IMG/VR virus record: IMGVR_UViG_3300045988_167643
Length of the DNA stretch: 64,000 bases
From: a virus
Reading direction: 5' to 3' (one strand)
The translations under genes were made by a program, and so were the position numbers. Of the stretch, positions 26,846 to 34,507 are shown in pieces (position 1 is the first letter of the stretch; every line of letters starts with the position of its first letter). The notes under the pieces are model-generated. The model did no database searches. It was not told where the DNA came from and saw only the letters and a list, made by a program, of their open reading frames with translations.

Positions 26846-26874
26846 TTGACACATACGATTGTATGTGATATAGT
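26846..26874 (+). promoter_or_regulatory. near-consensus sigma-A-type promoter with an embedded operator palindrome
   Basis: TTGACA (26846-26851), 17-nt spacer, TATAGT (26869-26874). Palindrome CACATAC-GATT-GTATGTG at 26850-26867. A duplicated AAAAGTTTTA A/T tract lies upstream. Confidence 0.75.
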
Positions 26875-26881
26875 AACACCA

Positions 26882-27372
26882 ACAACAGACAAACGTCTGT
26901 TGAGTATCCCAAAAAAGTTGCCAGGCTTATCTGGCGGTAACTATTAATCAAAGCCGATGATTTAGGCATTCGGCATTCTGAACATTGACAACGGCATACG
27001 GATTGAAAAAATAGCGGTTTTAATAATCGCAAGTAGTTCGCAAGGATTGCGTGATATCTTTCCCAAAAAGCCCACGGCGTTAGCTGTGTATCAAAGAGGA
27101 TATATCCTCACGGTGATTTCTGAATCCATTCTAAAATTCCCATGTGGGGCGGTTTGGTATTAAGAATCAATGCACCTTGCCAGAAAAAGGTGTCGGTTAG
27201 ATGTGAATACCGTGGTTATAATAAATGAGAATGCCAAAATCACAGTTGGAGAGTGCCGACTAACAGGACGGACTAGTAAACCGTTCCTCACTCCACCGCT
27301 ACACGCTTTATACAATGCGGTTTATAAATACATAATTGTTTCACCAACTATTTTCAGAGAGGAGGTGAAACT
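26882..27372 (+). ncRNA. candidate structured leader / ncRNA of about 490 nt (GC-enriched, many local hairpins, no credible ORF)
   Basis: Lies between the consensus promoter and the first RBS. Hairpins include GCCGA...TCGGC, GCAA-gga-TTGC, CACGGC-gtta-GCTGTG, GAGGATATATCCTC, CACCTT...AAGGTG, CGGT...ACCG and CCGC...GCGG. Confidence 0.4.
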
Positions 27373-27516
27373 ATGGTAACTATTGATATAGTTCGGTGCA
27401 AAGAACACTATGAACTGTTCTTCGAGGGGCGGTTCTTGTGTTCTTGCGATACGAACGAGTTAAAAAGTTGCTACGAGGACGCTGTAAAAAGTGTTTTCTG
27501 TGGTAGCTTTAAGTAA
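27373..27516 (+). CDS. 47-aa Cys-rich micropeptide
   Basis: Strong RBS GAGAGGAGGTGAAACT precedes the ATG. Sequence MVTIDIVRCKEHYELFFEGRFLCSCDTNELKSCYEDAVKSVFCGSFK. A terminator follows. Confidence 0.55.
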   Translation: MVTIDIVRCKEHYELFFEGRFLCSCDTNELKSCYEDAVKSVFCGSFK

Positions 27517-27548
27517 CTCCTAGTTTACACCATTTCCATTAGGATGTC

Positions 27549-27582
27549 AAGCCTGTACAGAGTGTAATGTACAGGCTTTTCT
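27549..27582 (+). terminator. rho-independent terminator
   Basis: AAGCCTGTACA...TGTACAGGCTT 11-bp stem followed by TTTC. Confidence 0.75.
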
Positions 27583-27726
27583 AATGATCCAGGCTATAGG
27601 TCTATGGTTCAATCACAGGATTATTGTTTCACAATTGAATAACACGCACTAGGATTATATCCAGTGAATGATGGGTTATGCCTTCCCAGTAAAAAGCGAC
27701 TGGTAAAAATACCAGAGGAGAATACT

Positions 27727-28332
27727 ATGTCTAAATCTACAAACAAAAAAATCAACTTCGATTCTATGAACAGTGGTGTAATTGATGACCTCAGAACCTT
27801 TAAACAGGTTCGGTTAGAACTGGCACAAAAAGCCAACGACTTTGCACTTGCTAGAAAACCTCTCCAGGATAAACTGGACGTGGCTATTTCAACAGGTGAT
27901 GTGGAGCTTTCTAAGTCTCTGTCCTCTGAAATTGAGGATCTTACTAAAGCTTATAAAGCTGAGGTGACACCAATTAACGAGGAGCTGAACCGTGTTCTTG
28001 GATTAGTTCCACAGGGTATGTATGACTGTTACCTCAAAAAGATTAACGAGGGTAAACGTGGGGAATATCTCCAGGCTTGCCAGGAGTTTGTTCGCCGGTT
28101 CGGTGCAAAAGGTACAGACACAGCTATCAATAAAATGGCTGAGAGATTGTGTGACCTTGTAGGTATTAAAGCTTCCAGCAATAAGATGATTTTGGAGAAA
28201 AACCAGTTTACCAGTCTGTACTCAAAACGTCAGTTTAACAAGATGTGGATGAGTGCATTCTGTGACTATGCATTAGCTGAGATTGATAAATCAATCAAGG
28301 CTGATACTGAGAAAAAACAGGAGGTGGCTTAA
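27727..28332 (+). CDS. hypothetical coiled-coil protein (201 aa from the ATG at 27727)
   Basis: GAGGAG RBS before the ATG at 27727. The track ORF begins earlier, at 27664. Confidence 0.65.
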   Translation: MSKSTNKKINFDSMNSGVIDDLRTFKQVRLELAQKANDFALARKPLQDKLDVAISTGDVELSKSLSSEIEDLTKAYKAEVTPINEELNRVLGLVPQGMYDCYLKKINEGKRGEYLQACQEFVRRFGAKGTDTAINKMAERLCDLVGIKASSNKMILEKNQFTSLYSKRQFNKMWMSAFCDYALAEIDKSIKADTEKKQEVA

Positions 28333-28333
28333 T

Positions 28334-28540
28334 ATGGTAACTATAGTTAAGATTTCTGACAGCGTAAGTGGTGTAGTAACTCGTAGAAAAGCCACGGAAT
28401 ACCTTCTTGGTACTCCTTTAACCACTTATCAATGGATGTGTGTTCAGCAGGACTGGAAAGCGTTTGCTGATGATCCGTTGAAATATGCAGACACGGCAGT
28501 TGTAGACATGGTAAAAGATTACGTGTCTAATATTCTGTAA
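28334..28540 (+). CDS. hypothetical protein (68 aa)
   Basis: AGGAGGTGG RBS. The start lies 2 nt after the previous stop. Confidence 0.6.
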   Translation: MVTIVKISDSVSGVVTRRKATEYLLGTPLTTYQWMCVQQDWKAFADDPLKYADTAVVDMVKDYVSNIL

Positions 28541-28634
28541 TTAAACAGGCGCACTGGCATCAACGTTATGAGGAGGTGAAAAAGGTTCTTGCATACACTC
28601 TTTGCATAATTTATAATTAAGTGCAGGAGGTAGT

Positions 28635-28853
28635 TTGACTATGAATATGCAGGAAAAAATTGAAGGGGCTTTAGCCCATGCAAATATGTCCAAGACTGAA
28701 ATGGGTAAAAAAGCCTTTGATGTGACACAGCAGACAATCTGTACAAGAATATCACGCGGTAAATTTACCAAAGAGGAACTTGAGCAGATTGCTCACGCCA
28801 TGGGAGCAGAATACGTTTGTTATTTTGAGTTCCCAGATGGCAAAAAATTTTAA
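28635..28853 (+). CDS. XRE/Cro-like helix-turn-helix protein
   Basis: 72 aa. MSKTEMGKKAFDVTQQTICTRISRGKFT is HTH-like. AGGAGG RBS. A strong terminator follows. Confidence 0.6.
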   Translation: MTMNMQEKIEGALAHANMSKTEMGKKAFDVTQQTICTRISRGKFTKEELEQIAHAMGAEYVCYFEFPDGKKF

Positions 28854-28867
28854 TTATTACAGTCAGC

Positions 28868-28916
28868 AACAAAAAAAGGATCTACGTTATTAGTAGGTCC
28901 TTTTTTTGTTGTCCAA
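28868..28916 (+). terminator. rho-independent terminator (18-bp stem)
   Basis: aacaaaaaaaggatctac / gtaggtcctttttttgtt with one wobble pair. The 3' arm is T-rich. Confidence 0.8.
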
Positions 28917-29077
28917 AAATTCACGCCCATATAGTACAAAAAGGCAAAGTATAATCCAACACACACTATCATACAGTCACGCACAACGCAGTAAACCCCT
29001 CAAACTGCGTCAAAAAGAAATACGTAGCTTAACCCCTGAGCTTATAGACGCCTCTCCCTTAGTGTGTACGGATAGAT

Positions 29078-29102
29078 AGCGGTTCGAATCCGCTTGTGGG
29101 CT
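29078..29102 (+). other. orphan tRNA 3' fragment (T arm plus 3' acceptor strand only)
   Basis: AGCGG-TTCGAAT-CCGCT followed by TGTGGGC. No matching 5' acceptor, D arm or anticodon arm upstream. Confidence 0.6.
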
Positions 29103-29134
29103 TTGATTTCAATAAGGGAAATCACAATTTTTTA

Positions 29135-29163
29135 TTGACAAAAATATACTTTTAAGTTATAAT
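29135..29163 (+). promoter_or_regulatory. perfect consensus promoter TTGACA-17-TATAAT
   Basis: TTGACA at 29135-29140 and TATAAT at 29158-29163, 28 nt upstream of the toxin gene start. Confidence 0.8.
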
Positions 29164-29190
29164 CGGCTCAAAAGAAAGGAGAAAAAGAAT

Positions 29191-29553
29191 TTGTTTGAGG
29201 TTATTTTTTACAAGGATAAGAAAGGCAAAGAGCCGGTAAGAGACTATTTTATCTCATTGTTTGAGAATGATAGTAAAGACAACAGAATAAAACGTGAGAA
29301 AATCGAAGACTGCATGAACGTTCTAAAGAAAAACGGTGCAAGAGCAGGGCTTCCATATGTAAAACATCTTGAAGGGAAAATATGGGAATTAAGACCATTA
29401 AGTGATAGGATCTTATTTTTTACATATGTTAATAATACAATAGTATTGTTATCCCACTTCCAAAAGAAAACACAAAAAACTCCCAAAAGGGAAATTAAAA
29501 AGGCTGAAAAGCTAATGAATGATTATATAGAAAGGAGTAAGGATAATGAGTAA
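29191..29553 (+). CDS. RelE/HigB-type toxin (phage Gp49-like)
   Basis: 120 aa, TTG start with AAGGAG RBS. FYKDKKGKEPVRDYF...KIWELRPLSDRILFF...VLLSHFQKKTQKTP is typical of the Gp49/HigB family. Confidence 0.75.
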   Translation: MFEVIFYKDKKGKEPVRDYFISLFENDSKDNRIKREKIEDCMNVLKKNGARAGLPYVKHLEGKIWELRPLSDRILFFTYVNNTIVLLSHFQKKTQKTPKREIKKAEKLMNDYIERSKDNE

Positions 29554-29845
29554 AATGAAGATAAGTCCCAGGGGTTCATCCTGGGACGACTTTGAAAGAC
29601 AAATGTATACACCAGAAGAGATTGAAGCAAGTAAAGTTCGGTCTGAAATCATTACGGAAATGATTAAAGCAAGAGAAGAGGGTGGTGTTACTCAAAAGCA
29701 ACTTGAAATTATGAGTGGTATTAAACAGCCTGTTATTTCTCGAATGGAGAAGGGAACTACAGATCCTCAATTATCTACAGTATTAAAAGTGCTTAACTCT
29801 TTGGGAAAAACTTTAGAAGTTGTGTCAATGAAACCTGTAAAATAA
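29546..29845 (+). CDS. XRE-family HTH antitoxin (HigA-like)
   Basis: 99 aa, overlaps the toxin stop by 8 nt. GVTQKQLEIMSGIKQPVISRMEKGTTDPQLSTVLKVLNSLG. Confidence 0.75.
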   Translation: MSKMKISPRGSSWDDFERQMYTPEEIEASKVRSEIITEMIKAREEGGVTQKQLEIMSGIKQPVISRMEKGTTDPQLSTVLKVLNSLGKTLEVVSMKPVK

Positions 29846-29886
29846 TAATAAATTAAATAACCTCAATTAATAAACGGAGATAGATT

Positions 29887-30309
29887 ATGCCATTTGTAAA
29901 AGTTGATGTTGAAAAGCAAATTGAAGAAAAAAGGCAAAATGATCCTAAATTTAGAAAGGCGTGGGACAGAAGGCAAATTAAAGAAAATATGAGTCCAGAG
30001 GGTTCTTCTTTTGACGATTTCTTAAAGGAAATGTATCAAGATCCTAAGTTTAGAGATTCATGGTATGATTTGGCTGCTGACAAAGATATTGCAAGTGCAA
30101 TTATTAATGAGCGAAATGAAAAAGATTTATCTTTAAAACAGTTCGCTAAGAAAGCAGGAATATCTAAAAAGAAACTGGTTAAATTTTGTGAAATGGGTAA
30201 TAATCCGTCACTTAATCAACTAAAGAAAATTGCCAAGGGAATGGATAAAGTTCTTAAAGTTGAGTTTGTCTCAAAGGACGAATTTGACAAAAAAGTAATG
30301 GAAAGGTAA
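29887..30309 (+). CDS. second XRE-family HTH protein, paralogous to the antitoxin
   Basis: 140 aa. It shares the SPxGSSxDDF...MY.P motif and carries a C-terminal HTH (LSLKQFAKKAGISKKKLVKFCEMGNNPSLNQLKKIA). Confidence 0.7.
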   Translation: MPFVKVDVEKQIEEKRQNDPKFRKAWDRRQIKENMSPEGSSFDDFLKEMYQDPKFRDSWYDLAADKDIASAIINERNEKDLSLKQFAKKAGISKKKLVKFCEMGNNPSLNQLKKIAKGMDKVLKVEFVSKDEFDKKVMER

Positions 30310-30324
30310 TAAAAGTAACATAAG

Positions 30325-30356
30325 AGAGTCTATCATTTAGATAGGCTCTTTTTTTA
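30325..30356 (+). terminator. rho-independent terminator
   Basis: AGAGTCTATC...GATAGGCTCT followed by TTTTTTT. Confidence 0.75.
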
Positions 30357-30459
30357 TGCCCAAAAATAATTCTCATTTTTCAGAAGGGAGATTGTGTTTA
30401 TTATGTCAGCTCCAAAAACAACCACAAAATAAATTCATTCCAGGAAGGGAGAACACAAA

Positions 30460-30963
30460 ATGAAAAAACTTCTCGTAGCTGCCACACTCGCAGTATTCAC
30501 TTTAGCAACATCAACCACAGTTTCCGCAAAGGCAAACGTCCGGTATAGTACCGGAATTGTGACCGGTGCAAAATCTATTACAACACAGGACGGTAATGTC
30601 TGGCGTACCAAGCGAAAACTCCATTTACACAAGGGAGCCAGTGTCCAGGTTAAATTTGACACTAAGGGAACTAAGCGGAAAAAGGATGGTGCAATCCTTA
30701 AAGTTTCCAGGGTACCAAAGGCAAAACAAGCGAAACCGGAGATCGGTATTCCGGTATCTGATATTGCTTTAGTGTACACAGATTCCCTGGGCTACACAAC
30801 ATTACAGCTAAAGGACTATGGTTGTATTGGAGATGATCCAAACAACATTAGTTATGAAACAATCAAACAGATGGTCAACTCTTACTATACATCAGTAAAG
30901 GAAACTACAGACTCAGTAGCAGTAACAGAGCCAAACGGAAATAGCTGGACAGTAAGAAAGTGA
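30460..30963 (+). CDS. secreted protein with an N-terminal signal peptide
   Basis: 167 aa. MKKLLVAATLAVFTLATSTTVSAKA is signal-peptide-like. GGGAG RBS. Confidence 0.7.
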   Translation: MKKLLVAATLAVFTLATSTTVSAKANVRYSTGIVTGAKSITTQDGNVWRTKRKLHLHKGASVQVKFDTKGTKRKKDGAILKVSRVPKAKQAKPEIGIPVSDIALVYTDSLGYTTLQLKDYGCIGDDPNNISYETIKQMVNSYYTSVKETTDSVAVTEPNGNSWTVRK

Positions 30964-30973
30964 GGTATTTACA

Positions 30974-31132
30974 ATGTCAGAATCAGTTAAAAACTATAAA
31001 AAAGAGGCAATTAGTATTGCAAGGGATTTTCATTACTCAACTAGTATCCTTGCACGTCTCAACAACGCAACAACGGAAAGCGAGATCTGCCGACTGATGA
31101 TCGAAGGCAGACACACAAAAAGATACTATTAA
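30974..31132 (+). CDS. hypothetical protein (52 aa, hand-called)
   Basis: GAGG RBS. The ORF fills the gap between the flanking gene and a terminator. Confidence 0.45.
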   Translation: MSESVKNYKKEAISIARDFHYSTSILARLNNATTESEICRLMIEGRHTKRYY

Positions 31133-31162
31133 AAACGCATTATAATAAGGAAGCTTTTCATT

Positions 31163-31190
31163 CCATCTACGGCTTGTAGGTGGATTTTTT
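31163..31190 (+). terminator. rho-independent terminator
   Basis: CCATCTAC-ggctt-GTAGGTGG followed by ATTTTTT. Confidence 0.7.
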
Positions 31191-31234
31191 AATATAAAAA
31201 GCTTCCGATTTTGGAAGAGAAACATAAGGAGGCA

Positions 31235-31474
31235 ATGGAAATGTTACAGAAAAAATATGCACTCGTAGAGCGCAGCTATGATAAGACAAAAGCTGTGGCA
31301 TTTATTGACTATGTAGAAGGTGATGACTTTCAGTATGGACTTGCAATATTTGAATTTGCAAAGGAGAACTATCCATATAAATATCCGTCACCGTATGGAA
31401 TGGTAGTCAATTATTCTTGTGCGACCTTTAGAACTATAGAAGAAATGTTGAAAGAATGGAGGATTTTAAAATGA
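31235..31474 (+). CDS. hypothetical protein (79 aa)
   Basis: AAGGAGG RBS before the ATG at 31235. The track start at 31211 is a TTG. Confidence 0.6.
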   Translation: MEMLQKKYALVERSYDKTKAVAFIDYVEGDDFQYGLAIFEFAKENYPYKYPSPYGMVVNYSCATFRTIEEMLKEWRILK

Positions 31475-31812
31475 ATAATGTAAACGAAATTAAAATGGCA
31501 AATGCAAAACTTCTCACAGAGAAGGCAAAGCTAGAAAGAATTGAAACAGTTATCAGTGAAGCAGATCATATCTCTTCTGAGTTTTGCGCAGAGGGATATA
31601 GAACATACAGAAAAATTAAAAATATAGAAGCTGACCTCTGTGGAATGTATCTGAACCAGTTACTTATAGTTTATCCATGGTTCAAGGGAGAAGCGTTATA
31701 TGAAGAAGCAATTATTCATGTAATTGGACAGAGGGGATTTGAAATGCTTCATGATAGGAAAGTAATCCAATTATGCGGTAGAACTGTGAACGGAAAACTT
31801 TATACATATTAA
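31471..31812 (+). CDS. hypothetical protein (113 aa)
   Basis: GGAGG RBS 8 nt before the ATG at 31471. ATGA start/stop overlap with the upstream gene. Confidence 0.6.
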   Translation: MNNVNEIKMANAKLLTEKAKLERIETVISEADHISSEFCAEGYRTYRKIKNIEADLCGMYLNQLLIVYPWFKGEALYEEAIIHVIGQRGFEMLHDRKVIQLCGRTVNGKLYTY

Positions 31813-31826
31813 AGGAGGACAAGGCA

Positions 31827-32003
31827 ATGGTAGAAATCTTAGCAACAATCAATGCTACAGAAAAATCTGTAGACAATGTATGTAACTATTTGAAAAGTAA
31901 AATGGTGAGACACAGGGTCGTTTCAACCGGTAACTCTTTCCAGATTAAGTTGTTGGCAAGCCGAAGCGAAATCGCAGAAATCAATAAATTTTTAGAAAGG
32001 TAG
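31827..32003 (+). CDS. hypothetical protein (58 aa, hand-called)
   Basis: AAAGGAGG RBS. Fills the gap between flanking genes. Confidence 0.5.
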   Translation: MVEILATINATEKSVDNVCNYLKSKMVRHRVVSTGNSFQIKLLASRSEIAEINKFLER

Positions 32004-32012
32004 GTAACAAAA

Positions 32013-32405
32013 ATGGGAGCAGCAGCAGAAGCTTTAAACTATGATTACGATGTTATTGACACACCAACCGAAACACCGACAACAGATAAAATTGTTCGGT
32101 GTTTTACAGATAGTGAGCTTAACGATGAGCTTGCTAATCTGTTAAAAGATTCTTTATCTGGAGTACGCAAGGCAAACCTGGAATCTCACGGTTTAGAAAT
32201 CCGTAAAAGAAACCGCGAATTAATCATCAGAGAGAAGAAGAAACAGAAACTTCTTTCCATGGTTGAATTATTTATGATGATCTTTATGTTATTACTGATT
32301 CCGGTTTTAGGGACCGTAATTGTAAGAGAAGCTGTGTATTTATGGTTGTACATTATCACAGGACCAGTCGCAGCTTACTTGATAAACCAGTTAAGAAGAA
32401 TGTAG
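32013..32405 (+). CDS. hypothetical membrane protein (130 aa, C-terminal TM helices)
   Basis: RBS present. The hydrophobic C-terminus reads LLSMVELFMMIFMLLLIPVLGTVIV...LWLYIITGPVAAYLI. Confidence 0.6.
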   Translation: MGAAAEALNYDYDVIDTPTETPTTDKIVRCFTDSELNDELANLLKDSLSGVRKANLESHGLEIRKRNRELIIREKKKQKLLSMVELFMMIFMLLLIPVLGTVIVREAVYLWLYIITGPVAAYLINQLRRM

Positions 32406-32417
32406 GAGAATACAGAA

Positions 32418-32549
32418 ATGGTAAAAAGATTTTACAAAGGGAAACCATATTCTTTAATGCTTGCAAAGCAGGATGAAAACGGTGTTCCGTATACATGGAC
32501 AGTAAACGTTACTTTCAAGGAACGTGTAAAGGGGAGATCTTCTTTTTAA
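32418..32549 (+). CDS. hypothetical protein (43 aa), possibly the 5' part of a frameshifted 97-aa gene continuing to 32713
   Basis: AGGAG RBS. The frame ends at TCT TTT TAA A. The +1 frame continues open to 32713 and encodes a TM helix. Confidence 0.4.
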   Translation: MVKRFYKGKPYSLMLAKQDENGVPYTWTVNVTFKERVKGRSSF

Positions 32550-32676
32550 AGCATTCGAATTTTCCTACTTGGTTCATCCAGACAATTCTGTATATTATAC
32601 AAATGGCTATTCTAACAATCGTTGCCACTGTGCAAATATTGTACAGGGATGGCAGTTCTAAAGGGAGGTATAATTT

Positions 32677-32859
32677 ATGTATAAAAGAAAAACAGTTGAT
32701 TGCTATGCCATAGAAAGTAACTGCGGATATGGCTGGGGCATTGAATGTAACTGTGAAGACTTGAAAGATGCAAAGATACAGTTAAAAACATATAGAGAAA
32801 ACGTCAATTATCCAGTACGAATTAAAAAATGGCGTGAGAAAATCCAGGAGGAGGCATAA
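32677..32859 (+). CDS. hypothetical protein (60 aa)
   Basis: AAGGGAGG RBS. Co-oriented. Confidence 0.55.
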   Translation: MYKRKTVDCYAIESNCGYGWGIECNCEDLKDAKIQLKTYRENVNYPVRIKKWREKIQEEA

Positions 32860-32864
32860 GGCAA

Positions 32865-33032
32865 ATGGAACTGAAAAAGTATATTACCTACGAGGAACCA
32901 TTGGAAGGAAAAAGTTTTACAATCAACCAGCTTCATGAGGTTTACCGTGATCTGGTTAATAAAGAAGAATATCAAGATTTTGATTGTTGGTTTACCGATA
33001 TGTTGAAATCGGGAGTATTTAAGGAGGTATAA
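32865..33032 (+). CDS. hypothetical protein (55 aa, hand-called)
   Basis: AGGAGGAGG RBS. Fills the gap. Confidence 0.5.
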   Translation: MELKKYITYEEPLEGKSFTINQLHEVYRDLVNKEEYQDFDCWFTDMLKSGVFKEV

Positions 33033-33034
33033 CA

Positions 33035-33286
33035 ATGGGAAAGAAAACAACTAAATCATGGGATAAGAGACAGGAGCGCAAACTCCGGTCTTATCTAAGG
33101 GCAAACGGATATTTATATGTATGCTCAAAAGGAGGTCACGATAAATACCGTTCACAGATTACCGGTAATAATATTGAGGTAAATAATCACATAAACAAAA
33201 TGGTCTGGCAACGGCTCATTAAAGAAGTCGCAGATGACCTAAAGTTAAAAGGCTACAATTACGTTCCATATGAGCGTGTTCGGTAG
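33035..33286 (+). CDS. HicA-like (YcfA family) small protein
   Basis: 83 aa. LRANGYLYVCSKGGHDKY...IEVNNHINKMVWQRLIKE resembles the HicA G(S)H core. No HicB partner seen. Confidence 0.4.
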   Translation: MGKKTTKSWDKRQERKLRSYLRANGYLYVCSKGGHDKYRSQITGNNIEVNNHINKMVWQRLIKEVADDLKLKGYNYVPYERVR

Positions 33287-33380
33287 TCTTTTTTTATTGG
33301 AAAATTTTAAAAACTGAATATTGGATGCCACAAGGCAAATTGAAAATAATAATATATGAAAATTTTGGAGGATAAATAAT

Positions 33381-34412
33381 ATGACAACAATTAATATGAA
33401 AGATTATGTAGAGGAAAACGCAAACAAAGGAAATGAAGCTGCAAGAGAAGTTATGGAAACAATTAGTACAATTGAACCTATCGTAGGAAATAAAAATAGA
33501 ACACCAGAAGAAAAAGCATCAGATATTGGCGAACTTAAAGGAATCCTTAAAGCTGCTATTGCGTCAGGAAAAAGCAAAGTAATAGTTAGTGTTCCAGTAA
33601 AGTTACTTGCAATTGATACGTCATATCAGATACCTGAGAGAACTGAAAGAAGTCTTAAAAAATTAATAAAAAACTGGGATGATGTTCAGTGTATGCCATT
33701 AATTGGTGTTCCACATTTTGAAGTCGGATATGTAGCTGTAGTTGATGGTACAGGTAGAGTGAGAGCAAGTCAGGTAATTGATAGTAAAAAATACGAAGAA
33801 CTTGATGTATTAATGGTTTTAAATGTACCAAGCGAACCTAAGGACAGACAGTTGTTTGAGGCAAAGCAGTATGAAAATCAGAACATAGGTAATGAGCCTT
33901 TGAGAGAATATCAGAAACATGGAGCAAGATTGATCAGAAGTGACAAAGCAACACTTTTATTTAGTAAAATGCAAAAGAAATACGGATTTAACTATAGTGT
34001 AAAAACTGGACAACGCCCAGAAGAAATGTTGGGATCATATAATGACGTACTTGATATTTGCAGAATTCAAGGAGAAGAATGTATGGATTATATTTTTGGA
34101 ATTTGTACTAAAAGTGGTTTTTGCAAATTATCCAATGGGTATTCTCTTGGTATTATTAGAGCGTTAAGAGATATGTGGAAATACTATGCAAACGACAGAG
34201 AAAGAACAAAAGCATTTTTTGAAGAGAAATTAAGAAATACAACTCCTGCATTATTAAAAGCAGAGGCACGTTCTACATATAAATATCTCAGTGAAAAATC
34301 TGCAATTAGTTTTTATCTTGAAGATATGGCTGTTAAAGAGCTTGGTGTTGAACAGTCAAGAGAAATTACAAATAATGGCACAAGATTAATCCCAGTTCGC
34401 AAATTTGCATAA
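33381..34412 (+). CDS. ParB/Srx-fold N-terminal domain protein
   Basis: 343 aa. VPVKLLAIDTSYQIPERTE...VVDGTGRVRA resembles the ParB N-terminal DGxxR box. Confidence 0.55.
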   Translation: MTTINMKDYVEENANKGNEAAREVMETISTIEPIVGNKNRTPEEKASDIGELKGILKAAIASGKSKVIVSVPVKLLAIDTSYQIPERTERSLKKLIKNWDDVQCMPLIGVPHFEVGYVAVVDGTGRVRASQVIDSKKYEELDVLMVLNVPSEPKDRQLFEAKQYENQNIGNEPLREYQKHGARLIRSDKATLLFSKMQKKYGFNYSVKTGQRPEEMLGSYNDVLDICRIQGEECMDYIFGICTKSGFCKLSNGYSLGIIRALRDMWKYYANDRERTKAFFEEKLRNTTPALLKAEARSTYKYLSEKSAISFYLEDMAVKELGVEQSREITNNGTRLIPVRKFA

Positions 34413-34507
34413 CAAACTTCACACAAATTAAGAAGTAAAGAGGGTAGCAAGCGAAATTAAAACTTGCTGCCCTCAAATTATATAAGCAAAAAAAGGAGAT
34501 TAAAATT

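Noticed and set aside
24642-27372. Missed protein-coding genes or stop-codon reassignment in the 2.7-kb gene-poor region
   Set aside because: All six frames are dense in TAG, TGA and TAA together. The flanking arms are fully coding under the standard code, so recoding is not needed to explain the genome. The track ORFs 26808..27032 and 27170..27379 lack an RBS and cross the promoter and leader hairpins.
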